Source: Hydrolagus colliei (taxonomy: Eukaryota). Taken from it: a DNA stretch of 64,000 nucleotides. The stretch is from positions 2,418,001 through 2,482,000 of the forward strand of contig CM068756.1 of the NCBI GenBank assembly GCA_035084275.1, read 5' to 3'. Both the position numbers and the translations under genes were made by a program. Positions within the stretch are counted from its first letter, which is position 1. Each line of letters starts with the position of its first letter. The notes under the pieces are model-generated. The model was given only the letters and a program-made list of their open reading frames with translations, was not told where the DNA came from and did not search any database. This document shows, in pieces, positions 50,856 to 63,350 of the stretch.

Positions 50856-51436
50856 CGCGATGTGCAACGCTTCCAGTTTATTGTGTGTGGGCTACTGGTA
50901 CAACAGTGAATATATCAAATAATGTAAAGTGAAATTTGTTTTTATTATTTGTTATCTTCCCCCCCACCACCCCCTACCCAGCCCCTCCCCTCCCCCAAAG
51001 CGTGCATTCATAATGTTAAGTGGTCACTTTCTGAATTTGAAGAATGTGGGCGAATATATGTGCTTACAGTAATAACAGCCGGAAGCAGTCACAACAGTAA
51101 CAAGGGCTGTGTTTGTAAATATTGATAACAATATTGATAACTAATAATCCTTGATCTTGATGCAGTGATTTTTCACATCCTCCGCCGAAAGGCGCCGCAG
51201 AAATGTAATCTGTTGCTGTTTTCATGGCAAATAAATGCCATGAAACAGTGTTACAACGTTGAAAATGATTAGGAACAGAGGGCGATGTTGCTAAACCTAC
51301 AAAATTCGGTCACTACACCTTACAAGGAATCCTGCGATGTGCTTTGAAAAGTCCCCCAAGCTGAAGGGTGCTGTTTACACTGCAAGGATTGTTCTTATTT
51401 TTATTTGATTATTATTATATTACAGTATATAGAAAA

Positions 51437-51502
51437 TCAGCCATGATCTTATTGAATGGCGGGGCAGGCACGAGGGGCCGAATGGCCTACTCCTGCTCCT
51501 TG
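51437..51502 (+). mobile_element. CR1 3'UTR tip
   Basis: atcagccatgatcttattgaatggcggggcaggcacgaggggccgaatggcctactcctgctcct. Confidence 0.8.
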
Positions 51503-53431
51503 TTTTTATGTCCTTATTATTAGAGGCAAATGCAGCTGCTAATCTTTGCCAGTAACATCCCATAAACAATGTTACGATGAGCAGCCAATTCATCTCAATT
51601 TGGGAGTAAATCAGGGGTGAGAATAGAGACAGGTATAAGGCAGGACTGACCCGGTGACACTGAAGAGAAAATGTTTTTAATTCAGAAGTAATTGAATAAA
51701 TCAGACTGCATCTCATTACACGGAAGAGACATTGACAGAGGCGTTGGTCTCCCTGGTTTATTAAAGTAATTGTAACAGTAGGAGATGCCATCGGATCAAT
51801 TGAATTCTGTTTGATGGGAGGGACTTGCAAGGAAATCAATTTTGCTTTGGAAACCATCTCAAAGTGACATGTTTTCCTGAGCAGATATACAGTACCCAAC
51901 AATTACACGCACACTCGCGCGCACACAGTCTCGGTCACGCTGTTTCATTTCATATTAAGTAAGATAGAAACTGAGGTTGCTGGAGGATACTGTTAATCTG
52001 AAATATTCTACTGCATGCCATAGTCCCAAACACCAGCCTGATTTACGGCTAGCTTTGCATATACTGACTGAGCTGCAAATGTTCTGGATTTTGAGAGGCT
52101 GGTGTATTTCTGTGCAGGTCTGTAATATTTCTGCCCCTTATAAACGCAAGCCCTCCTTTCGGATTGATCGTATGATAAAATAGAGAGAGGCAGTTCAGCT
52201 GGATTGATAAATGCTGAGCTGATAGCTATCAATCTAATTGTGAGGTTTAGCTGAGAGTAACATACGAATTTCACGCGTTTGTTGTTCTATGATTTGTGCC
52301 TCTGTGATAGCTAGGATAGCAATGATAATAATAACAATAATAATAACCAGTGTATTTCACACCCTGCCGAAACATCTCAAAGAGCTTTACAGATAATTAC
52401 TGAACTGTCAAGTGCAGTCATTGCTTTTCTTTTGTAGGCAAATACCACGACATTGATAAAAGACAATGCGATTCCTGAGGAGGGTGCCGCTTGAGGGAGG
52501 AGGTGAGGTGATCATTTGTCTTGGTGTATAAATAATGTTTGTCTCTTGTACAATTGGCGTGCGGTGTCTGTGTGAAGGCTGCGCTGGCGGCCGGCGTGAT
52601 CTTAGCTTTGGGACTGCGTCTCAGAGAGGCGTCTCTGCCATTTCAGCTGGTTTCTCTCTCCCGTCTCGTTTTGCCTTTCGATCTGTCGGCACGGTGTGGG
52701 AAGCCGGCTTGCGAGTAGCTTCCGAGACGAGAGCAGATGTAAAGGACCGACTGGAGACTGAATCGAAGAAGCCAGCAAAGCCAAAACAGCTAAACCTGGA
52801 GATGTCTGCTTCAAACAGCCGGGGCGAGACTTCAAAGGAGTGATTGCTCCTTTAATTAATCTGGCATTCAGAGCATGGAGCAGAATGAAAAAAACACTAT
52901 CCAAATATATTTGAACCACGCTGAGATTTTGGGGGCTGGTCCCTGTCACATCTAATCCTTCGCTATGATTACATTCAGAATGACTCTTCCTATTTGGAAT
53001 TGAAAAACTGCAATTTAGTGCTGCTTGCTTTACTGTCTAACAGTGCACTTTACTGTGTTCATGTACTGTCTCCTTAACTATGACCACCCATGTTTCAATT
53101 CAAAATGGCTCTATTAGTTCCAGGCTTTATCTACATTGATGATTCAGTTGATTCAATAATTGACAGGCGGACATTAAATCTTGGTGAGGAAAACCAGGTT
53201 GCTGAAGGAATTCTAAATTGGAAACGAAACAAATCAGACAACTGACAACCAGCTTTAAACTCTTACCTCTCATCTCATCAGGAAAAGTAAACCTTTTGCC
53301 TAAAGTGTGAGTCACACATTAATAAATGTCGTGGGGTTTCAAGAACGAATTGAACACCTTTGAGCAGATTAAAAGACATGGCTTCTGCCTTTATGCTTCA
53401 ATTAATTCTATCCCTCTACCAAATATTCAGT

Positions 53432-53690
53432 ATGGCTCTGTCTGTAGCATTCATGCCACTGAGTCAGAAGGCTGTGTCAGGACTTTGAACACACAGTCTA
53501 AACTGACATTCAGGTGGATGCTAAAAATCCCACGGGCACTTTTCACAAAGAGAAGGGAGTTTCTTTCTTCCAGAGAATTTCTGAAGCTGACATGTTTCCA
53601 AACTATTCATCTTCTTTCAGTATATCTGGCATTGCTGTGGAAAAGGAATTTACTTGGCTACATAGTGTATGGGTTCGAATTTATGCATTG
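53432..53690 (+). mobile_element. Old Deu-domain SINE relic
   Basis: ctgagtcagaagg..caggtggatgctaaaaatcccacgggcactt..agaagggagtttc. Confidence 0.55.
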
Positions 53691-53709
53691 ACAAGCTCAT
53701 TCCATTTGT

Positions 53710-54348
53710 TCTGCCTTTCCTCACCTCCCCAATATTGCCTGACTCTGTCAGTATTTCACCCCTCAGGCCACTGAAACCCTTATTCATGCCTTCATCACAA
53801 CCCGGCTCGACTACACCAACTAATTCCTAATTCCTCCCTCCACGGGTTGCAGATAATCTAGAACTCTGCGGCCCATGTCATCTATCACTGCAAGCTTTGT
53901 GAGCTGCCCATCACTCAGAGGATTCAATTCAAGATCCTGGCCCTCACCTTCAAAGCTTTCCGTGGCCTCGCCCCTGCAAACTCTGTGACTACCTAACCCT
54001 CCCTTACCAACCTTCCCCCCCAGCCCCCCCTCCGCTCAACAAACTCCCGCATGTTTCATGTGCCCCGACCCACCTGTCTCACCATCAGCAGGCGAGCCTT
54101 CAGCAACACTGCCTCCAAACTCTGGAACTCCATCCTGCGGTCCCTCCGCCTCGCCTCTTCCCTGGCTTCCTTCAAGTCCCGCCTCAAGACCCTCCTCTTC
54201 GACGGTCCCATCGGTCACCCCAAATCCCCCCCCTTTCCCCTCCACCTTCCCAATCCCCAGCTTGGGTCTGAAACAGTTACTGTCCAGCGCCTTGGGACAT
54301 CCTCCTGACACGAAAGGAGTTATACAAGTGTCATTTTGTTGTTGTTGC
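53710..54348 (+). mobile_element. L2 LINE 3' fragment
   Basis: ETLIHAFITTRLDY, RIQFKIL.LTFK, RRAFSNTASKLWNSIL.SLRLASSLASFKSRLKTLLF, stem-loop tail, (ttg)n. Confidence 0.92.
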
Positions 54349-54609
54349 AAGTTTTTGTTGAATCCCTTTATGAATTGAAGCATATGGATTAGGAGCCAAG
54401 GTACACGAGGCCCGGCAGCTTTTTTTTCGTCCTTTCTGATGCGTTTCAGCAAAACGAAGATAAGCTAAGCCATGTCAGTACAGGATCTCCTGAAAGTTGA
54501 TGCTGTTCAAAAGATTGGAAAGAGACGTTGACTAATTGAAAATGTTATAGTTAAGCCAATGAGCTACTTTCCTTGTCACTGATGTAACCGCGAGCTTGAA
54601 GTACAAAAA

Positions 54610-54692
54610 CATAACACAAAATACGACAGATGCTGGGAATCTGAAACAAAAACAAAAGTTGCTGGGGAAACTCAGCGGGTCAGGCAGCATCC
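54610..54692 (-). mobile_element. Penelope-like terminal fragment
   Basis: cagatgctgggaatctgaaacaaaaacaaaagttgctggggaaactcagcgggtcaggcagcatc; overlaps in reverse with 35805-35852. Confidence 0.65.
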
Positions 54693-55229
54693 AGAAATAC
54701 ATTCTATTTCTGCTCTATTGTCTCTGGGCCCCCCTGTGTATATTTCTTTTATATCTCTTTAACTGGTATATGTGGGCTTTTAATCCAGATGCTTGCTCTA
54801 CCTACAGACATTTTCCGACACGCAATGATTGATACCTTACCACATGTTTTCCATCCATTTTATTGAAGGCAAAGACATCGAGCAATATGCCTCGAAACCA
54901 TCGCCAGGAGTGGAGCGTGATATGGCTGACTACACAATGACATCCTTAAGTGACATCTGTTTGAGAAAGTTTTGAAACTCGAGTTAAAAAAAAAATAACA
55001 CTTTAATAAAACGTTATTTGCTGTAACCAGGAGCCAACGTGAGAAACTTAACACCTAAGATTCTCACAACCAAATCCAATTTGTTGGCAATGCTGCTTTT
55101 GGCCTTTATTTCTTCTTTTTATTAACAAGATTTTAATATCTTTTTATACTACAATTCATACACAGGCATTATTTGAACGTTGTTTAAAAGATTCGGACTA
55201 CGAACAGGCATACCGATGCCTGTGGCGTC

Positions 55230-55545
55230 TTGGCTGACACAGCAACACTGTGTTGAGTGGAGTGCTGTACGGCTTAAAGTGCCATCCTTCAGGAAAGACA
55301 TTAAATCAAGGTTGCGGTGGATGTTAAAATCCTGGGATGCTGTTTATATAGAGAAGGGAGTTTCTCCCAGTGTTCCGGCCAGCAGTCTTCCATGTATTAA
55401 AGAAAAATTGGTCATTCGCTTCATGGCTATTTTGTGAGGCAATTCTGAGTGCAAATTGGCAGCCAGGCTTGCCTACGTAATCCACAGTCAGTACACTTTG
55501 AGGTGTTTGGTGCGATACGGCCCCATATCAAAGGCGAGGCTAATT
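55230..55545 (+). mobile_element. Old Deu-domain SINE relic
   Basis: gctgacac..ggagtgctg..ggtggatgttaaaatcc..agaagggagtttctcccagtgttccggcca..ttggtcatt..aaattggcagcc. Confidence 0.65.
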
Positions 55546-57134
55546 ATTTATCATTCCAGCTAACGTACAGAAGCGATGCAGATACTTTTCTCAGAGGAGG
55601 TCAGCAATGAAGAGTGAGAATGATCTGTCACCACATTGAGTGCCCTGGGTGCACACTTCTTGTCGGCTGCTCCTCTGCAAACATAATTGATCGTGAGAAA
55701 GGTCCAGCTGTCCACTATAGGCAGCAAGGTATGGCAGAGGCATACATCCTATTTCTGCAATGATTTACTGTCAGCATCGGCTCAGGAAATAGAGTGCGTT
55801 CGGTGAACCGAGGAACGGGTTGTTTATTATTTACAATAAAGCAGACTTTGTGAAATACTTTCAACATTATTATTTTGATCTCCGGTTCTCTAATGCGAAC
55901 GCACCTCAATACACAGCTATTAGTTGCTTCCAATTAATAGATTGGTGAGCAGAATGAAGATGTGGTTTGATGCTGCGGAGTTCTGAGCAGCATATAAATC
56001 AGGACTCACAATTCGCAGAGGTGATGTGAATCAGCTACCCAGAGGCGAATCAAAATAATGTATAACGGGTCAGCAGTTCTGCTTGCGATCATTTATTAAC
56101 CTCCTGTTTGTGTGTACTGTGTTATTATAAATTTGACACGGGCCTTAGAGTAGAATGCTCATATTTGAATACAAAATGACTCCTGAGATTTTAGAACCTT
56201 ACAAGAGGCTACTTGCTAACTACTTAAAATGCACAGTCACTACACGTTTTTATATATCCTATGCAGTGTTTGGATATGTCCTCAGGATGTGAAACGTGCT
56301 ACATCTAATGCAAAGATTGCCATGAATATTGTAGCTAGTTACTTCTTTCTGTAGATAGACTGAAAGGAGGACTTTGGAGGAATGTTTTCACCCATAAAGT
56401 GGTTGGGGTGTTGAATGCCCTACTTGAGCATTGTACCTTTCAAGAGAGACGTAGAGAGTCCATATGATATTGCAAAGACTAATCGCTCCACAGCCCGATG
56501 ACGAGAGCTTCCACGGGACATTCAGACACGCAAATCCACACTGCTTCCCGCTTTCAATCCACAGCCAACAGCCGCTTATTAACATTGGAGTGAATTAACT
56601 GGGTGGCACAGAAAGCCACGGCTGAATATTAACAACACAAATAGACTCGGGTTGCAAATTCGCTGCCGTGAAGTTAAAACAAAATCAGTTTTGTGGTCAC
56701 GTATAAAAGATCCATGAGATAAATAAATATTTTTGTACAATTGAAAGGGACCAGAAAAATTGTCTGTAATAGTGTCATGAGAGCGTCTCTTACTCTCTAA
56801 TCTTTTCTATTATACCCTCACATTTCAAGTAATGCCCTATTTTTGGAGATCCGGAAAACTCAATTGAGCATATTGTTCTTGGGTCTTGGTTTATCCACTC
56901 AGCAAATAAATGTCTCGACTTCATCGCATACTCCTATTTTGGATGCATATTACACTTGCTGAAAGAAAACGGTTCGATAAATCACAGAAAAATTGTATTT
57001 TCTTATTCCAGCAACGGTAATGGGATTAGGGTCATAAATGACTGAACAAAGACCCTCTCAAAAATGTTTTCAAATATCCACGATACTGTTCCTCTACTGT
57101 GCAGTCTATTTGCAACCAAGACATCATGGTACAG

Positions 57135-57441
57135 TAATAATAATCCTTGCATTTAATATAGCGCTTTCCACGTCTTCTAGACGTCTCAAAGCGCTTCACT
57201 GAATATAATGTAAAGTGAATTGACTGTATATTTGTGGGAGAAATGCGGCAGCCAATTGCGCACAGCAGTGTCCCACCAACAGTCGTGGATTGAAATGACC
57301 AATTTATTATATTTTTTTGAGGAATTCTTATTAGGTGTGTGGAATAAGGAAACTTGCCCGAGGTTTCACCCTGTCTGGAATTGAACCCAGGTCACTCGCT
57401 TCTAAGGCAAGTGATCTAACCACTGAGCTACAGGACACCAC
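57135..57441 (-). mobile_element. Full-length tRNA-derived SINE
   Basis: Reverse complement of the complete SINE, including head gtggtgtcctgtagctcagtggttaga. Confidence 0.92.
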
Positions 57442-57805
57442 AAGGCATGAAACTTAACTACCTGCAAGAGACATGCCTCTCGGGAGAAGCTACCCAACTA
57501 CCTACCCTTCATCTCCGAATTGATGACTGATGGAATTGGTTTAGAAATAGGCGGTATATTTTACCACTGGATTAACAGACAATTTACCATATAATGCAAT
57601 CGTGTTTTCTCTCTTTGAAGCTACTTGCTGAAAAACATTATTCGATCCAATGATTGACTGGGGATTAAACTTGGAGGGTTCAAAAAAGGTTGCGTATTGA
57701 GTCAAAAGCTTATGGGTTCAGGATCCACATCAGGGCTGGACTTGCGGTTTAAATTGACACTCCAGATGAGTTGTTAAATTCGGGCCCAATCTGCCTGTTC
57801 AGATA

Positions 57806-58120
57806 TAATAATAATCCTTGCATTTTGATACAGCACTTTTCACATCTTATCGACATCTCAAAGCGCTTCACAGAATATACTGCAAAGTGAATTGACTGTA
57901 TATTTGTGGGCGAAGCGCGGCAGCCAATTGCGCATAGCAGCGTCCCCCACAAACAATCGTGGATTGAAATGACCAATTTATTACAGGTTTTATTTGGGGA
58001 CAGATTATTTTTGGCGTGTGGAGTAAGGAAACTTGCCCAAGATTTCTCCCTGACCTGCCTGGATTCGAACACAGGCCTCATGCTCGTAAGGCAAGTGCTC
58101 TAACCACTGAGCCACTGAGC
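57806..58120 (-). mobile_element. Full-length tRNA-derived SINE
   Basis: Reverse complement with B box GTTCGAATCC and a duplicated ggctcagt at the 5' end. Confidence 0.92.
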
Positions 58121-59274
58121 CACCTCATAAAATTTACCAAAGTGCCTTCTTATTCCAAGCCAATTTTGTCGTCCTGCGATCTTGTTAGAATTTACCAGAG
58201 TGAATTTGGTTTCATAATGGATTGAATAAGCTAATCACGCCTCATGAAAGACTATAAATTTCATGCTACTGTTTTGAATTCACAGCTTATTAACATTTGG
58301 AGCAGTAAGAGCCAAGTTGGGTTCGAGTGCAGGGGGATGGGTGCTGAGTGAGGGGGTGATGAAGTGTGGGGATGGTTGATAAGAGAAGGAAGTTCATCAG
58401 GAAGTCTTTTGATCTAACGAGAGGATCAGGTAGGATATTTGCTGCTAAATCTGTGCTATTGATTGATATAAACCTGAGTGACTGTTTGAAAGCGTCAGGC
58501 AAACCTCTGATAAACTTTGTTGCTTAATTCTGTCAATAACAATCTCTCCTCAACCTATAAGTGCTGCCTTCAAAATCCATTCCTTTGAGACGGATTTAGC
58601 GTGCAGAAAGAAATTGAAGATTTATTCAATCAATTTAAAATAACAGGAAAATATTGCTTAATGTAGCAATATTGGCTTTGAAAATTTAGCTGAATTAAAA
58701 ACAAAACAGCAAACTAGGGTGCGGTAAATTAATTCTAGCACACAACGTTCCTTAATCTTTAGTGGATCATCCTCAGAAAATGCAATCAAGATTAAATCCA
58801 TCAATTATAATTTAAATTGTAATTACAGAGTTTGGGTCTAGTATATTTCAGAAATTTAGCAATTTTATTTTGTGAGGAGTGCCTTGTCTGTTTCAGGCAT
58901 GTATCGATTTCAGTGGAATAAGCTTTAGAACGTTTATAAATTGTTCTTAACCAAACTAAAATCAGGTATGGATCAAAGGCACTTAAAATTCAAAATGGCT
59001 CAGCTCATTTTATGGTGAAATCCAATATACTAATCTTAATCAGAACACTATTGTGGCAAGCAAGTGTTCCGTTTATTCAATCATTTCTATCAAGCAAGCA
59101 GCATTTTCAAATCTACGTGCCTTGCCTGCTGATTACATTAATGCCAAAGTATTAAGTCATGGAAGCACCTTCAATAGTTTGCAAGACACAAATGTCCAAA
59201 CTGATTCAAATTAGGTCTTATCGGCCAAACCCAAACTGAAACAATAATACTGTAATAAAATTGACCATCTATTT

Positions 59275-59375
59275 TGTGGGTGAAACGCAGCAGCCAATTG
59301 CGCACAGGAGTGTGCCACAAACAGTCATGGATTGAATTAAATTAAATGCAAGGATTGTTATTATTATTATTATTG
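59275..59375. mobile_element. SINE core (minus) joined to SINE tail (plus)
   Basis: tgtgggtgaaacgcagcagccaattgcgc..ggattgaa then aaatgcaaggattg(tta)n in the opposite orientation. Confidence 0.6.
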
Positions 59376-59464
59376 CAGTGTTATACTCCAATTTAAGATC
59401 TTAAAGTTTTAATTGGCTTGTCTCTTATTACTCTTTATTTTTCACCCAGTGTTGTGGATAAAAT

Positions 59465-59620
59465 TGGCCACGGCTGTTTGCGGGACGTTGTTGTGTGTAA
59501 ATTGGCTGCCGCGTTCCGCTACAAGCACACAGTCACTACACTTTACGATATATATCGTTTGAGGCAGTCTGAGACGTCCTCCTGACATCAAATATCAAAG
59601 GCACAGTATCAAACATAAGG
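59465..59620 (+). mobile_element. Deu-core SINE fragment
   Basis: ctgtttgcgggacgttgttgtgtgtaaattggctgccgcgtt..cagtcactacacttt..gagacgtcctcctgac. Confidence 0.7.
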
Positions 59621-60221
59621 GTCATTTAATGAATTGATTAAGATGACTTACATTCTGGTTAGGTCCGTGGAAATCTATAATGAATAAACAGTAAATGAAT
59701 CTTGCACAAATGCTAAACAAATCATAGTTTCTTTCCATCCACCTACCCAAGGAAGATGCATTCCTCTCTGTAAACAAGGTTCTAAATAGCGAAGTCGAGT
59801 TACCAATGATAAGATAGTTGGTTTTAGCTATTAAATTCCAATAGTACTGTACCCTCAAGACACTGCTTGAGTCACTAATCCTCGGCTGTTGTCAACTTGC
59901 ACCTAATACTCTTCGGAATGCCTATGCAAAGATGGCAGACATACATACATCCAGTGTGGTTTGAATACACAAATAGAGTGTCAACTTCAACTGTGAGTCT
60001 ATTTAAGCGCTGTGCTGGGTTTCTGCGCCGGTCAGGCACCCGACTGACCAGAAAAAAGAAACGGCAGCAGTTCGCAATGGATTGACTAGTGTGAATACCC
60101 CGAGTTGCTGGAAGAGAATCCCGCGGACTACAGTACATCCAGGCTGAATGACGAGAATCCCAGTCTGAAGCACCAGAGATGGACGGTGGAGTTCCCATCT
60201 GTCGCTGTGATATATTGCTGG

Positions 60222-60480
60222 CCAGCTCCGGTCTCCTCTTTGTCCCTCGTGCCCTCCGTTTCACCATCGGTGGCAGTGTCTTTAGCCATTACCCCCCCCC
60301 CCCCCCCCCACTCCCCCCACCACCCATCTCCCCCACCAAAACTCTGGAACTCTCTCCCTCAATCTCTCCGCCTTGCCTCCTCTATCTGCACCTTCAAAAC
60401 ATGCCTAAAGCCCTCCTTTTTTTTTATTCTGCTTACAATCAACTCCCCCTCACCTCCCACCCCTTCTCCCCCAGAATCAG
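60222..60480 (+). mobile_element. L2 3' fragment
   Basis: SGLLFVPR..TIGG..FS, KLWNSLPQSLRLASSICTFKTCLK; contains a C-run expansion. Confidence 0.8.
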
Positions 60481-60986
60481 ATCCCTCGGAGTGTAACTTG
60501 ACCGTAAAAATAATCCGCCTTCCAATATTTCAATGGCAGCTCAAACAGCTGCGCTGTGCACACGCACTCCGCTTTTTAATATTCACCAGCCAGGCTCCAG
60601 TTTAATGATTGTATGCACTAATGCTATTAATATGCAAGCTAACAACAGTCACAGTGATTCATCAAGAGGGGGAGTTTGACTTCAGAGAGTTTGATTAGTC
60701 CATGAATTCAGAAGACTCCTGAAAGCCCATTAAAATGCAACAGGACTTCATCCACAATAACTGTTCCTGCAAAGATGCTGGCAAGAGGTCTCTAGTCTTG
60801 TTTTTAATTTGCTTTACCAGCTGACTTCTCACAGCTCCATTCATTGTGAATTACTTGTACTTGCTCGATATCTACATCTACCTGCGATGGTCTGTGCTGG
60901 AGCTTGCTTGAAGCAGGTTGTGGTGAGAGATAGACCTCTGATCCGTATGTTGCTCCTGTGTAGGGCTGACAAGCTGCTGACTTCCT

Positions 60987-61050
60987 CTTAATTGTGAAGA
61001 GGTGATTTTCTACCCTACCTTAATTGTGAAGAGGTGATTTTGTACCACAC
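60987..61050. repeat. 32-bp tandem duplication (2 copies)
   Basis: cttaattgtgaagaggtgattttctaccctac / cttaattgtgaagaggtgattttgtaccacac. Confidence 0.9.
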
Positions 61051-62129
61051 CCAGATATCTGCTTCAATACTGCATCGCATCTTATATTGTATAATGCAAT
61101 TGTGTTGAGTTTACAGCAGGACAAGTTCACCAGAGGAATGTTGATCTACTTACACTACCTGGAATAATTAAGAATTAATTCTTGCCGCTTATGCATTAGA
61201 GGTAATAAAAATGACATCTGAATGTGACTGTATTGAAGTTGGCTACACTCATACGTAAGGCTTACTATCCAAGCCACTTGGTGACTTAGGACATTGGTTT
61301 CAGCTTAAGGCTTGTTCTTTGGTTTCTGCCTTCTACTTGCCACAGTTGAATGTACTAGGTACTGTTCAAAGTGGACATATCACCAAGTTAGAACTCATTG
61401 CCTTTGGTCACCGTGAAGACGTTTGCTCCTGCTGCTGCTGTTACTCAGGCACATTTATCCTGCCCTGAGTTTCAACAGCAATGATAAATGATCAAACAAT
61501 GCACACCAATCTCCTTGCCATTCTCTCGGACATCTCGACTCTAATTAACTTTATTAAATCAATGTCCTAATTAATATTAAAGAAAAGTCAATATTCGACA
61601 TGTTGAGCAATGAATTCTTAAATGAATTACTCAAGACTTGCTCAACACAGTAGGATATTAGATCACAATTCTTATATAACTGTGTTCTCTTTGACATTCA
61701 CCAATGTTAATCTTCCATGTGTTGACCTTTCTGTGTTGGTCTGAGGTTTTCAGGTTTCGCTGATATTTTAAACAAAATTAAATATTGATCTACACCATGT
61801 TAATTTATTATGCCAGTAAATAAGAGATTCATAATGTGCTCCGAGGTATTTGATTCGATTTTACTTGCGCTTTTGACTTGAATAATTATTTTCAGTCACC
61901 TTCTTTGCGGTGGAGGAAAAACCCTTTGTGACCTTTTGACATTTCATCCACATATGTCTCGCCAGTCTCTTTTCCAAACTCGTTAGAACTTGATGGAATT
62001 AGCTTCTGCCTTGGCTATGTTTCCAAACAGGAAATATCCTTTGATAAGAGGTTGGACATCAATGACCTGGCAAATTGTAACGTCTGGTGAAATGTACATC
62101 CACCTTTGAAGCGAACAATCTTAAGTCCA

Positions 62130-62540
62130 CTTTCAAGGCCCTCCACAGACTTGCCACCACCCCCCACTCTCCCTACCTCTCTGACCTACTGACCCCCTAT
62201 CAACCTGTCTGCTCCTTCCGTTCAGTAGGCTCCAGCCTGCTCCATGTCTCCCGCCTGACCCGCCCTACTATTGGTGGCCGTACTTTCAGCTTCTCTGCCC
62301 CTACACTTTGGAACCCGATCCCACAGTCCCTCCGCCTCACTTCCTCCTTTGCCTCCTTCAAGGTTGGTCTCAAGACCCTCCTTTTCGACCATGCCTTCAT
62401 CTGCCCTCCAACCTCTCTGCCTCCCCTCACCCCTACCCCTGCCCCTCTGCCTTGCTCGGGTCCCGACCCCTAACAGCGCCTTGGGACGTCCTCCCGATGT
62501 GAAAGACACTCTATAAATGTAATTTTGTTGTTGTTGTTGT
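62130..62540 (+). mobile_element. L2 LINE 3' fragment
   Basis: FKALH..PYLSDLLTPY..GGRTFSFSAPTLWNPIPQSLRL..FKVGLKTLLF, tail, (ttg)n. Confidence 0.92.
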
Positions 62541-62604
62541 CGGTGAGTCAGTAACTAGAAGGCATCAATGTAGGAACACCGTCAAAAGAAAACAACACAA
62601 AAGG

Positions 62605-62722
62605 TTGGGAGCATTTTCTTCATTACACAGAAGGTTATTATCACGTGGAATGCCTGGCCAAAAACATTGGCTGAGGGCAGAATTCGTAATAGCTTTTAAG
62701 AGGGAATTAGACAAACATTTCA
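62605..62722 (+). mobile_element. CR1 ORF2 C-terminal remnant
   Basis: TQKVIITWNA.. and FKRELDKH. Confidence 0.6.
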
Positions 62723-63184
62723 AAAAGGAACAAAAACATGAAAAGGGTTTGAGCTTTGATATCTTGTGCTTAATAACTCCCTTCTATGCTGTAAAATTAT
62801 AAGATTCTATTTGTGCTTTGGATCCCGTCGACACAGGATTATCGCAAGAAAACCACTTATTCCACAACAAGGTTTGTTACCGAGCGTTCCGCCCCTGGCC
62901 AGTGTTGAACTGGGAGTTTCACAAGCTGAGTGGTAGTGTGAAAATTCTATAACAGTACAGCAAAGTTGTATTTCAACTGCTCTGCACCTATTCACGTGGT
63001 GTGGGTGACCATAACTCAAGAGTAATGCTGCCTCTTCTCTCGTAATCAAGGGACTATCTTGTCTACTTCAAGCCTTGTTTAGTTGGTAGCTCTTTCTAAC
63101 CGAGTCAGAAGGTTAGGGGTTCAAGTTCCACTGCGGAACTTTGAACTCACATTCTTGGGTGCCGTCTTATGGGTGAGATATTAT

Positions 63185-63350
63185 TAATAATAATCCTTGA
63201 ATTTGATATAGAGCTTTTCACGTCTTCTAAACGTCTCACAAAATATACTGTCAAGTGAATTGACTGTACCTATGCGGGCGAAACGCGGCAGCCAATTGCG
63301 CACAGCAGAGTCCCACCAACAGTCGTGGATTGAAATGACCAATTTTATTA
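63185..63350 (-). mobile_element. SINE, 5'-truncated
   Basis: aataataatccttg..gggcgaaacgcggcagccaattgcgcacagc..ggattgaaatgaccaat. Confidence 0.85.

Noticed and set aside
51216-51248. 10-bp hairpin with AATAAA in the loop
   Set aside because: A stem of this length is near chance expectation for the window, and there is no associated transcript evidence.
52535-52949. Overlapping ORFs including an MAETPL motif reminiscent of the HSBP1 start
   Set aside because: Stops after 6 codons with no HSBP1 coiled-coil sequence; the other frames resemble no known protein.
45153-60009. Shared 17-mer gt(a/g)agtctatttaagcg at 45153 and 59993
   Set aside because: Flanks do not align convincingly, and several matches of this length are expected by chance in 64 kb.
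60987-61050. CRISPR-like repeat
   Set aside because: Two adjacent copies with no spacer in eukaryotic DNA; a simple tandem duplication.
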